From the NCBI GenBank assembly GCA_035221665.1, contig CM069135.1, positions 65,038,001 through 65,102,000 of the forward strand: 64,000 bases of DNA, in the 5' to 3' direction. The notes beneath the pieces are model-generated. The model saw only the letters and a list, made by a program, of their open reading frames with translations, made no database searches and had not been told where the DNA came from. This DNA comes from Okamejei kenojei (Eukaryota). A program made the translations under genes and the position numbers. Shown piece by piece: positions 37,301 through 48,059 of the stretch (positions within the stretch are counted from its first letter, which is position 1; each line of letters begins with the position of its first letter).

Positions 37301-37749
37301 CAAAACCTGCAGATTAACAAATTCATATATGCATACAATGGGTAAATCTCTTTAGTTACCGGATTAGTCAAGATATCACTACAGTTAGGAATCGACATAT
37401 ATGGTTCTTTAATCATATTCAGCATTACTGGGAACCAAGGTTGAGTTGGCCAATTTGGAACTACCAACAATCCAGAAGCAGAATCTTGTTCTATCTTCTT
37501 CAAGCATCTCTGAATCAAAGCAAATGGTGGAAAAGCATAAAAGAACATCTTTCCCCAGTGTAATGAAAAAGCATCTACTGCTACTGCATCTGGATCATGT
37601 TCCCAAGACACATAAGTAGGCAACTGATGATTAAGCCTAGATGCAAACAAATCTATTTCTGGCAACCCAAATTGGTTTACAATATTCTTAAATATTGCTG
37701 GCTTAAGCATTCCATTCCGTATTATCTTTAAAAATCCTGGACCTTTCAT
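37300..37749 (-). CDS. Dam-like DNA N6-adenine methyltransferase domain of DIRS C (C-terminal part of pol)
   Basis: PEIDLFASRLN, AVDAFSLHW, YAFPPF, LLVVPNWPTQPWFP; uninterrupted across the domain. Confidence 0.85.
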   Translation of the reverse strand: MKGPGFLKIIRNGMLKPAIFKNIVNQFGLPEIDLFASRLNHQLPTYVSWEHDPDAVAVDAFSLHWGKMFFYAFPPFALIQRCLKKIEQDSASGLLVVPNWPTQPWFPVMLNMIKEPYMSIPNCSDILTNPVTKEIYPLYAYMNLLICRF

Positions 37750-38960
37750 CTGCTACCACATTGTCCTTACCCGGAATATAGCTTGCTGAAATCCATATTT
37801 GGCGACCAATACACCATTGCCATATCTCATTGGCCAGAGAATCACATGATACTGACCTAACTCCCCCCATGTGATTAATGTATGCAACAGCCGTTTTATT
37901 GTCTAACTGTATTAACACATGTAGACCCTGTTTAGCACAACAATATGCTTTAAGTCCATAAAAAGCACCCAATAACTCCAAATAGTTTAATACCATAAAC
38001 TTGAAGAAACGCTTCTTCTTGAGCTTTCCATCTACCTCCACAACTGGAGGACGAATCTGTAGCCCCCCATCCGAGAGCACTAGCATCCGTTTGTAAAACC
38101 ATTTCAGGTTGTTTAATCATGATATTCTTAGCAGCTTGTGGGACATTTTCAACCCACCATTGTAATTCCAACACGGCTTCTTTTGTTAATTGCATAGGCC
38201 TGTCAAAGTGCCCTGCCTTCTCCTTAAGAGCCCTTGTTTTGTCCCTTTGAAGATTTTGATAATGTAATGGACCAAATTCCACTGCCGGAAATGCTGCTAC
38301 CAGTTTCCCAATGGTTTTTGCCACTTCTCGGATGGAGGGATAAGGTTTGTGAATGAGGTAATTACAAGTCATCAAGATGTCATTGACCTTCTCTGTTGGC
38401 AAAGTAGCTAACATAGTCACTGAGTTAATTACAAACCCCAAAAAGTTAATTGATTGTGCTGGCTGCAGCTGGGACTTAATTGGATGAATCAAAAACCCTA
38501 GCTTTTCAAACAAAGCTTTAGTAACTGAAACTGAGTGCTCAGCTGACTCTTGAGTATCACTAATGATCAGAATATCATCCAGATAAGCCATAACAATGTG
38601 TTTCTGTGCTCTTAATTGGGCTAAAACTGGTTTCAACAGTTTTGTAAAGAGTCTAGGAGCCGAACTCAATCCATTTGGTAAAGCTTTAAACTGCCATAAT
38701 TGTCCCAGCCAATTAAATTTTAAATACCTCCTGAAGCATTGATGAATTGCTACAGAATAATAGGCATCCTTCAAATCAATCTTAGCCATATAACACCCTG
38801 CTGAAATAAGATATTTTTGCAGTACTGAATGTCTCCATCTTAAAATGTTTGTATTCTACAAACTTATTCAGATCTGTAAGGTCCAGAATAATTCTGCAAC
38901 CACCATTTTTTTATCTCTTCGAAATATATTAGAGACAAATTGATGCTTATGTTCATAAGT
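37703..38960 (-). pseudogene. Reverse transcriptase and RNase H of DIRS C (single-base frameshifts)
   Basis: KIDLKDAYYSV, FKALPNGLSSAPRLFTK, YLDD, FLGF, QTDASALGWG, NYLEL, DNKTAVAYINHMGG, IPGKDNVVAD. Confidence 0.95.
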
Positions 38961-40435
38961 CTTTTTCAATTACGCCTTTTCCAGATAATTTGTCAATTTC
39001 CACATTAATCTCCATTCTTTCCTCTGCAGAAAACACATAAGCATAAGCAGGTCTATTCTGTACAGGAGGATTAACCCCTTCTTTAAAAATAATAATGGCT
39101 CCCGAAACTGCTTGTAATACATATCGATCAGAAGTAATGTTAAGCCAGGCATTATAAAACTTTTGCAATCTCCCTCCAACTGGAGAGTCATCCACAGTTT
39201 CTTTAAGTACATAAGTCTTTAATACCTCTGCGTATGAGCGTGGTGGTCTCCTTCTTCCCGAATACAGGGAAGCACTTGCCTGCACAGCACGATAGTATTT
39301 TCGTGTCAAACTTCTGCTTCTATAACGGAAATCGAAACCCCTTCGGGTCGAAAAACCCCTTCTTTGTCCAAAAACAAAAGGTTTAACATTGCTAAAATAT
39401 TTAGCTTCTTCATCCAACTCTTTCAGCTGTTTCGGCAGATTTTCTCCAAACAAATACCCAGGAGCTTGAACTCCACTTTCTTGACACAGGCTTGCAAATC
39501 TAGGGTGAAATATGGGCCGAATCGCCGTTTTCCTCATGCAATTAATTTCATAGAATGAATTACATAATAAGCCCAAAGTATCCTTTTGAATCTTTTCCAT
39601 TTCCAGATTCTCCATTTGCCTGCCATAGGCCGTAATGGCGGCAGAAATTAATTTGAGCACCTTTTGAAACTTCACTTCTAGGGCTCTCATACTTGGAGTC
39701 ATAGACGTCCATATCATCGGATTCACCGTAGGTACTTCCAATGAGGCACAATTTCTTGGAGCTTTATATAATTCTGATGTTTCATTCATCACAGAACTGT
39801 GAAGTTGGTGAGATACCATATAATTTATGTTTGCAGCTAGGATTTCTTCCATAGCCTCACCACTTCCTTCAGGTATAGCAAAATCTTGTGCTATCCCAGG
39901 CACATTAGGCCTTTTCTTTTTACTTTGTGGTGTGCTTTCAAAAGCCATATAGCCACCAGCAGGGACTGCCTTCTGCAGCCCTAAATCAATTGGGATATCA
40001 TCCCATGAGACTTCTTCCAGCCCAAATCCTGGGTCCGGAGTATCATATTCCCAACTTGGCCCACAGCCATATTCATCATATTCAAACCCCTCAGGGATTT
40101 TTTGGGATTCATCTGGGTACTCTGACCCTTGTCTCATTATTGTTTGGAGAACTTTCTCCATATGCTCCATTTTTTAGCCACATAGTTTTATTGTCTGGAG
40201 GTCCTTCAATATCAGAGTCATCAGAAACCACGGGCCTCTCAGATTTCTTTTTGCATTTTTTAGGAACATTTTCCTCCGTGGTCATTATTTCTGGAGAATC
40301 TGGAAACTCACTATCGGGTACATCAGCGGCCAACGGTATCGGAACCGGGTCCGCACTAACTTCGCGTCCCGTATTTTTACTTTCACCCCGGGAACATCTT
40401 TTTACCCGCGAAAACTTATTTCCCGATTTCTCCAT
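38953..40435 (-). pseudogene. gag-like ORF1 of DIRS C running into the RT N-terminus (frameshift near 40170)
   Basis: PRNCASLEVPTVNPMIW, YLFGENLPKQLKEL, then PVGGRLQKFYNAW. Confidence 0.85.
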
Positions 40436-40557
40436 TTTTCTTTAATAATCAGTGCTCAATCAGCACGTTAACGTGGCTCTAAATTTTCTTTTTAGTTTCG
40501 TTTTGCTGGAGCCACCCAGCGTAACCTAAAAAACGCCCCGGTGTAACTTCACTTACC

Positions 40558-40577
40558 TGACGTCAGCGTTGACGTCA
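40558..40577. promoter_or_regulatory. Two perfect CRE/ATF motifs (TGACGTCA) at the inner edge of the DIRS C 5' ITR
   Basis: TGACGTCA at 40558-40565 and 40570-40577; function inferred only. Confidence 0.4.
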
Positions 40578-40699
40578 TGCCGTTGCCAGCGTGAGGCGGG
40601 GTCTTCACGTAGTCACTCACGTGACTCCGAGGTAAAATGACATAAGGTGTTGAATAGTAACCCGCTGATGAATTCATGTTTTTCCATGTGAGGTTACAA

Positions 40700-41336
40700 G
40701 GGAGCATTGGCTGTGTTTTTTCTTGTTGATCTCCATCTTTCAATCCAACTTTTTGCAATCTCTTACCTCGATGGAGATGCGATTTTTTCCTTGTCTTATT
40801 TCCTTCCCCCATTGCGGCCTAACATCATGGAGCGTTGCAGCCTTTATGGAGATCAACCCGGCGCTTCAACGCAGGCATGGTGCGGACTTACCACTGTGGT
40901 GCTGTGATCCCTTTGCCGGGGATCGACTGTGGAGAGGTCCAACCGTGGCCCTGTGGACTTTAACATCTTGGAGCCCGGTTTAAACATCGTGGTCCCTGGT
41001 TAGAGACTGTTGGGGCTCCAAGCTGTAGTGAGTTTCCACCATCCCGACGAGGGAGTTCCATCACCCCGACACGAGGGCCTCGGATCGCCGATTGGGGAGC
41101 TTTGATGGCCCCGACTGCAGATGGTTCGTCAGCCCCGACCGCGGAGAAGAGGGAGAGATTGGACTACATTGCCTTCCATCACAGTTAGGAATGTGGGGAC
41201 CACTGTGGTAGATATTTATGTTAAATTTTATTTTATGTGGTTGTGTGTCTTTTCACTTGGTGTGGCCGTATGGTAACTCGCATTTCACTGTACCTTATGG
41301 TACATGTGACAATAAACCCATCTTGAATCTTGAATC
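40700..41336 (+). mobile_element. GC-rich non-autonomous retroposon with a Rex/Babar-like 3' tail
   Basis: Ends TTTCACTGTACC..GTACATGTGACAATAAA (TCTTGAA)n; core shared with 44140-45041; 5' boundary uncertain. Confidence 0.6.
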
Positions 41337-41890
41337 CGTTAAGGTCAGTGAATTATTATTATCTAATCCATACACATGATAGTGAGAGAAAAAAACTTGC
41401 ATTTGCTTACAAGTACCAATTATGAAAAGGAACTGACATCAGAATGATATTAGCGTCATATATACCTCAGGCAGGCAGCAATTCAGCAAACAGATTATCC
41501 CAAAGGGCATCAAATGGATATCATCTCCCTTTGGCCTCCTTGCCATATGCTCAAGGTGCTTCTAACTCACTTGCTTGTACACCATGGAAAGTCCTCAAAT
41601 TAGACATCCCCATAATGTCACAAACAACACGGGCAGTAGGCATATGTCCATGGGATTTGCAGTTTCCCTGTTTGCAAATTATTTTTCCATGTTTTGTGTA
41701 ATCGCGGTGTCTACAAAATTTAGAAGTAAGCCTCCAAATAAAATAAATGACCCCCCTTCCCAGAAATGGGCAAAAATTTAACATAATTAAGTTGATGTAG
41801 TACAAACTAAATTTTCTTACGCACTGCCATCTGCAGGTGCCTCATGGATATTGTTTCTCAAAAACATAATTTCTCCGGAAATCACACGCG

Positions 41891-41993
41891 GGTGGAGGCC
41901 CGCAGCGGTCCTGACGTGCAAATCGGTCGTCTGACCTGGGTATAGGAATGAAAGGTAAATCGAACAATCTAGTAACTGATTCCCTCCGAAGTT
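41891..41993 (+). pseudogene. Isolated, diverged 28S (LSU) rRNA fragment
   Basis: GGTGGAGGCCCGCAGCGGTCCTGACGTGCAAATCGGTCGTCTGACCTGGGTATAGG...AATCGAACAATCTAGTAACTGATTCCCTCCGAAGTT matches a conserved eukaryotic LSU core segment with several substitutions. Confidence 0.9.
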
Positions 41994-42449
41994 CTGCTCT
42001 GAAGTGCCATTGAAATACTTGTACTGTATAGGTACAGAGCCAACTAGGTTGTCAGGAAAGATATCTCTGACTGGTTGCTGATATATATGCTGAAGATAAT
42101 TTATGCCCATGCAGTTAGTGCATAGAGGCATCCAGCATTCTGTGAACTGTGCAACTCTAGGATACAACCCGCCTCATTAACAATGGCAACCAAATTATTT
42201 CTGCACTAATAAATGGCAAGCTCCTTATCATGTATTAATACTGACCACTTTGGGAGTTATGGATTCACTGATGGAAATCAAAATATGCTGCAGTTACTGG
42301 AAATCTTAAACAAAAACAGAAAATTCTGAAACTTTCAGGAGTGTAGGCAGCATCTGTGGAAAGAAAATGATAGTCCTCAGGATGAAGACCTGTCAGATTC
42401 ACTGAAATGTGTTCTGGTAACACGGAGCATATCAAAGAAGAAACAACTC

Positions 42450-42655
42450 CAGATGCTGGTTTATAAAAAAAGGCACAAAGTGCTTGAGTAACTCAGTGGG
42501 TCAGGAAGCATTGTGAGAATGTGGATAGATGATGTTTTGAGTCGGGACCCCTTTTCAGACTTCTTGCCTGAGGAAGGGTTCCGAACCGAATCGTCACCTA
42601 TCCACGTTCTCCAGAGAGGTTGCTTGACCAGCTGAGTTTCCCTGGCACTTTGAGC
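42450..42655. repeat. Palindromic pair of Penelope-like terminal fragments
   Basis: Inverted arms centred near 42560, each with a degenerate CTGANGA..GAAAC core. Confidence 0.75.
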
Positions 42656-43229
42656 TTATATCAAATATAGTCAGAGGCAATTGGGTTAACTGGCGCTGAA
42701 ATAAAATGGCCACATTCATTTGTTGTGGGACTGAATTCAAATTCTGAGCTGTAGGAAAACTGGCAAGTGACTGAAAACAGCATCTGCAGCAATTGCAGAG
42801 TGCAATGCACTATATTACAACACTGCCAGCATCACCTCCATAGCATTAATAACCACACACACACAGACAGTGACACTCTTTCCAAGGGCTTGGAATTCTG
42901 CCAATTGATATTATGCATTGTTCTCACTGTAAGTACTTAAAACAGCAGATAATTACCATTGCAAATAATCAAACATTTAGGCTCATTATCAAGTAAATTA
43001 TATTAATTGATCATTTCATATAAGAATCTCAAATTGATATTCAGTGGATACTTTTGTTTTCTCTCCATTTTGCAGCTGCCTGAATGATGTTGACTGTAAT
43101 TAATGGGATAGTTTGGAGTTTCAAATGATTTTCATTTTGCTATGGTTTCAGAAAACTAGGGACCATCTATGTTCCATTAACCACCACTGCCTCTCCCTCC
43201 CATCTGAGTGAGAAGAAAAAGTTATAAAT

Positions 43230-43480
43230 GCAAATAGAGTCGTGAATCTGTGGAATTCTCTGCCACAGAAGGCAGTGGAGGCCAATTCACTAGATGTTTT
43301 TAATAGAGAGTCAGATTTAGCTCTTAGGGCTAAAGGAATCAAGGGATATGGGGAGAAAGCAGGTACGGGGTACTGATTTTAGATGATCAGCCATGATCAT
43401 ATTGAATGGCAGTGCTGGCTCAAAGGGCCAAATGGCCTACTCCTGCACCAATTTTCTATATTTCTATATTTTCTATATTA
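43230..43480 (+). mobile_element. CR1 3' end
   Basis: CTGTGGAATTCTCTGCCACAGAAGGCAGTGGAGGCC and (TTTCTATA)n tail. Confidence 0.88.
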
Positions 43481-44139
43481 AAAGGAACAATAAATATGTA
43501 ATCAGCTATTACTGTTCTATTCATGTACAAGCTTTTTATAATCCATGTTGAAAGGAATCAGCAGCTGTGTTTACAGTGGCCTACAGACCTTGGCCTTCAT
43601 TTCAGAGAGGCTTTGCACATTCTTGCTAATCACTTCAACTTCTTGCCTTGTGCAAATATTTCCATATAGTCACTTGGGTGATGGCTATAATGCTTTGTTG
43701 ATCCAGACAGATGCAGGAAAAGGTGACTATAAAATGATACAAATTTATATTTCTAACCACAACATGAATTTTAACATGGGTCTGCACTTTTTATCTTACC
43801 CTTTGCTCTATCTAGTGTACTCGAAGTTAAACCGATTATATCTATGTATGGTATATCTATTTGGATAGCATTCAAAACAAAGCTTTTCACTGGTACATAT
43901 GACAATAATAAATCTAAGCCTGAACAGGCTACTTATGAAATATAATTGCGATCCATTTTGAGAGATGGGAGGTTTCAGTTGTTATGATGTGTTATGATGA
44001 TATTGGTCCCAAGTCCAATATTCTGAATGTCACTGAAGTAAAACAGTGAATTGGCCGCCACTGCCTTCTATGGCAGAGAATTTCACAGATTCACAACTCT
44101 CTGGGTGAAAATGTTTTTCCTCATCTCAGATAGATACAC

Positions 44140-45041
44140 TGCTTTCAAGATAGATACAAGATACATTTATTTGTCACATGTGCCAATTGGCACAGTGAAA
44201 TTAAATCACCATACAGCCAGACAGTAAAAATAAAGCACACAACATAGAGTTGATAGAATTCAACATAAAACATCCCCACACAGCAGGATCAAAGTTTCCC
44301 ACTGTGAGTGAAGGCACCAAAGTCAGTCTCTTCCTCTGATGTTCCCCACTGATCCCCCTGGTCAGGCACCCCCCCCCCCCCCCCCCCCCCCCCCCCCACC
44401 GAGCCCTCCGCAATCATCGCTACGGGCGGCCCGATGTTCAGGCCCACCTGCCGGGGAGATGCAAGTCTGACGTCGGGGCTGGGGGACGTCCTCGGCGGCC
44501 TGGACATCAGAGTCGGCCCCCTCCTACCGGAGTCCGCGGCTCCCAAAGTCCGCAGACCGCGCCAGGCGGAGATACAACGCTGGAGGCCCTCGACAAAGGA
44601 CCCCAGGACCCCATGAAGTTGTTCAGCGCCGCACACGTTGGAAGCTTTCCAAACCAGAGCTCCACAATGTTGGAGCATTGGCCCAACGTTCCGGAGCTCC
44701 AAACGGCGACCCAGGTAGGCCTCGCTCGCTCCACGATGAATCTAGCCCCGCTCCGCCGCTATTGCAGCTCTGGTCAAGTTCCCGGTCCCCGGCAGGAAAG
44801 GCCGCTCCGATCCAGGTAGTAGGCCGCGAGGTGGGGGGCAAGGACGCGACTCGGAGAAATAGTCGAGTCCCCACCAGGAAGCGACTGGGAGTTAGTTTCC
44901 CCCTTACCCTGCCCCCCTCCCCCACATATAAAAGTTAAAGATTCCCCCCAAAACAAACTTTAAACTGACTAAAAATTAAAAAAAGATTGAAAAACAAACG
45001 GGCTGCAGGCTGAGGCTGCTGTCAGTGCAGCGCCCCTAGTG
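44140..45041 (-). mobile_element. GC-rich non-autonomous retroposon with a Rex/Babar-like tail (apparently full length)
   Basis: 5' CACTAGGGGCGCTGCACTGACAGCAGCC, T-rich tract, CpG-rich body, poly-G, 3' CACATGTGACAAATAAATG(TATCT)n. Confidence 0.65.
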
Positions 45042-45194
45042 ACACTCATGAACTTTTATATAACTATTATTGTAGCCGACGCTCCAAATCTTGTTTTGAG
45101 GAGACCGGAGATGGAGAAGGGTTTCAGGGTCTGCACACTGTTTTATTCATACTTTCATTCATGTCTCCATTTCATTCAGTCACATATTTGCTGA

Positions 45195-47118
45195 AACATA
45201 GAAACATAGAAATTAGGTGCAGGAGTAGGCCATTCAGCCCTTCGAGCCTGCACCGCCATTCAATATGATCATGGCTGATCATCCAACTCAGTATCCCGTA
45301 CCTGCCTTCTCTCCATACCCTCTGATCCCCTTAGCCACAAGGGCCACATCCAACTCACTCTTAAATATAGCCAATGAACTGGCCTCAACTACCCTCTGTG
45401 GCAGAGAGTTCCAGAGACTCACCACTCTCTGTGTGAAAAATGTCTTTCTCATCTCGGTCTTAAAGGATTTCCCCCTTATCGTTAAGCTGTGACCCCTTGT
45501 CCTGGACTTCCCCAACATCGGGAACAATCTTCCTGCATCTAGCCTGTCCAACCCCTCAAGAATTTTGTAAGTTTCTATAAGATCCCCTCTCAATCTCCTA
45601 AATTCCAGAGAGTATAAACCGAGTCTATCCAGTCTTTCTTCATAAGACAGTCCTGACATCCCAGGAATCAGTCTGGTGAACCTTCTCTGCACTCCCTCTA
45701 TGGCAATAATGTCCTTCCTCAGATTTGGAGACCAAAACTGTACGCAATACTCCAGGTGTGGTCTCACCAAGACCCTGTACAACTGAAGTAGAACCTCCCT
45801 GCTCCTGTACTCAAATCCTTTTGCTATGAAAGCTAACATACCATTCGCTTTTTTCACTGCCTGCTGCACCTGCATGCCTACTTTCAATGACTGGTGTACC
45901 ATGACACCCAGGTCTCGCTGCATCTCCCCTTTTCCTAATCGGCCACCATTTAAATAATAGTCTGCTTTCCTGTTTTTGCCACCAAAGTGGATAACCTCAC
46001 ATTTATCCACATTATACTGCATCTGCCAAACATTTGCCCACTCACCCAGCCTATCCAAGTCACCTTGCAGTCTCCTAGCATCCTCCTCACAGCTAACACT
46101 GCCCCCCAGCTTAGTGTCATCCGCAAACTTGGAGATATTGCCTTCAATTCCCTCATCCAGATCATTAATATATATTGCAAATAGCTGGGGTCCCAGCACT
46201 GAGCCCTGCGGTACCCCACTAGTCACTGCCTGCCATTGTGAAAAGGACCCGTTTACTCCTACTCTTTGCTTCATGTTTGCCAGCCAGTTTCTCTATCCAC
46301 ATCAATACTGAACCCCTAATACCGTATGCTTTAAGTTTGTATACTAATCTCTTATGTGGGACCTTGTCGAAAGCCTTCTGGAAGTCCAGATATACCACAT
46401 CCACTGGTTCTCCCTTATCCACGCTACTAGTTACATCCTCGAAAAATTCCACAAGATTCGTCAGACATGATTTACCTTTCGTAAATCCATGCTGACTTTG
46501 TCCAATGATTTCACCACTTTCCAAATGTGCTGCTATCCCATCTTTAATAACTGACTCTAGCAGTTTCCCCACTACCGATGTTAGACTAACTGGTCTGTAA
46601 TTCCCCGTTTTCTTTCTTCCTCCCTTCTTAAAAAGAGGGGTTACATTTGCTACCCGCCAATCCTCAGGAACTACTCCAGAATCTAAAGAGTTTTGAAAGA
46701 TTATCACTAATGCATCCACTATTTCCTGAGCTACTTCCTTAAGTACTCTGGGATGCAGCCTATCTGGCCCTGGGGATTTATCGGCCTTTAATCTATTCAA
46801 TTTACCCAACACCACTTCCCGACTGACCTGGATTTCACTCAATTCCTCCTTTGACCCACAGTCCCCTGCTATTTCCGGCAGATTATTTATGTCTTCCTTA
46901 GTGAAGACGGAACCAAAGTAGTTATTCAATTGGTCCGCCATATCCTTGTTCCCCATGATCAACTCACCTGTTTCTGACTGCAAGGGACCTACATTTGTTT
47001 TAACTAACCTCTTTCTCTTCACATATCTATAAAAACTTTTGCAGTCAGTTTTTATGTTCCCTGCCAGTTTTCTTTCATAATCTATTTTTCCTTTCCTAAT
47101 TAAGCCCCTTGTCCTCCT
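45195..47118 (-). mobile_element. Young 5'-truncated CR1 LINE; RT nearly intact with one frameshift near 46270
   Basis: 302-aa and 328-aa ORFs with QHGF, SGVPQGSVLGP, FADD. 16-bp TSD GTCACA(T/C)ATTTGCTGA at 45179-45194 and 47119-47134. (TTTCTATG)n tail. Confidence 0.96.
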
Positions 47119-47194
47119 GTCACACATTTGCTGACACCCAGGCTTGCAAACGACAATAGCTACATGATAGTTGGTGAAATCAGCTAATAAGTAT

Positions 47195-47610
47195 ATTCAC
47201 TGGAATTCAGAAGGATGAGAGGGATCCGATAGAAACATATAACATTCTTAAGGGATTGGACAGGCTAGATGCAGGAAAAATGTTCCCCATGTTGGGGAAG
47301 TCTAGAACCAGGGGTCACAGTTTAAGAATAAGGGGTAGGTCATTCAGGACCGAGATGAGGAAAAATATTTTCACCCAGAGAGTTGTGACTCTGTGAAATT
47401 CTCTGCCACAGAAGGCAGTGGAGGCCAATTCACTGGATATATTTAAGAGAGAGTTAGATATTGCTCTTAGGGCTAACTTAATCAAGGGATATGGGGAGAA
47501 AGCAGGAACGGGGTACTGATGACCAGCCATATTGAATCAATGGCGGAGCTGGCTCAAAGGGCCGAATGGCCTACTCCTGCACCTATTTTCTATGTTTCTA
47601 GGTTTCTATA
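47195..47610 (+). mobile_element. CR1 3' fragment
   Basis: RT C-terminus and 3' UTR similar to the 45195 element, in the opposite orientation. Confidence 0.9.
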
Positions 47611-48059
47611 TTACTCCTTTGGTGCTGTCGGTTAGGAGGTTTGCTTAGACACAGTGAGAATGAAAGACGTTGATATGTTGTCAATTTGAAGAGGAACATG
47701 CAGTATTCCCTGTCCTTGTCTTTCTTTGCGGTACAAGTTGAAGATTCTTGTTGCTGGAATAAGCAAGGTGATTAACTGCAGTCTATTTTTAGAAGGTGCT
47801 TATTGAGCACCATGCTCGACCCTTTTGATTTTTTAATCTTTATTCAATTCCACTTTGCACAGATGTGATCTACCATCCCCTTGGGAATTAGTCCATCAGT
47901 TTGAGGGCAGTAAAATGGAACAAATTAGCTGGGGCAGATGGAGGTCAAACCAGTAAAGAAGCAAGTAACAGGCCAGAGACTGACACCACATTCGCCTCCA
48001 GCTGAGGATCACAGCAATGACGATTTACGAGACTCAGCTATAAAAATACATCTACGCAA

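Larger units (their letters stand above)
35751..40638 (-). mobile_element. DIRS1-type retrotransposon C (youngest, structurally complete)
   Basis: ITR TACGTGAAGACCCCGCCTCACGCTGGCAACGGCAT (35823-35857) versus 40577-40611. ICR at ~35978-36091 is complementary to both termini. AAT at both ends. All coding domains present. Confidence 0.97.

Noticed and set aside
36330-38960. Prokaryotic or phage module (integrase + Dam methylase + RT), e.g. a retron- or DGR-like system
   Set aside because: Domain order, ITR/ICR structure and vertebrate repeat context are fully explained by a DIRS1-type retrotransposon.
35746-40645. GACATAA on both sides of DIRS C as a 7-bp TSD
   Set aside because: The ICR junction shows that only AAT is shared; the rest is more simply explained by a pre-existing short repeat at the target.
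41891-41993. Functional rRNA gene
   Set aside because: Only about 100 bp, diverged, with no surrounding rDNA unit.
44289-44956. Cluster of overlapping ORFs
   Set aside because: Expected in GC-rich retroposon body sequence; low-complexity translations.
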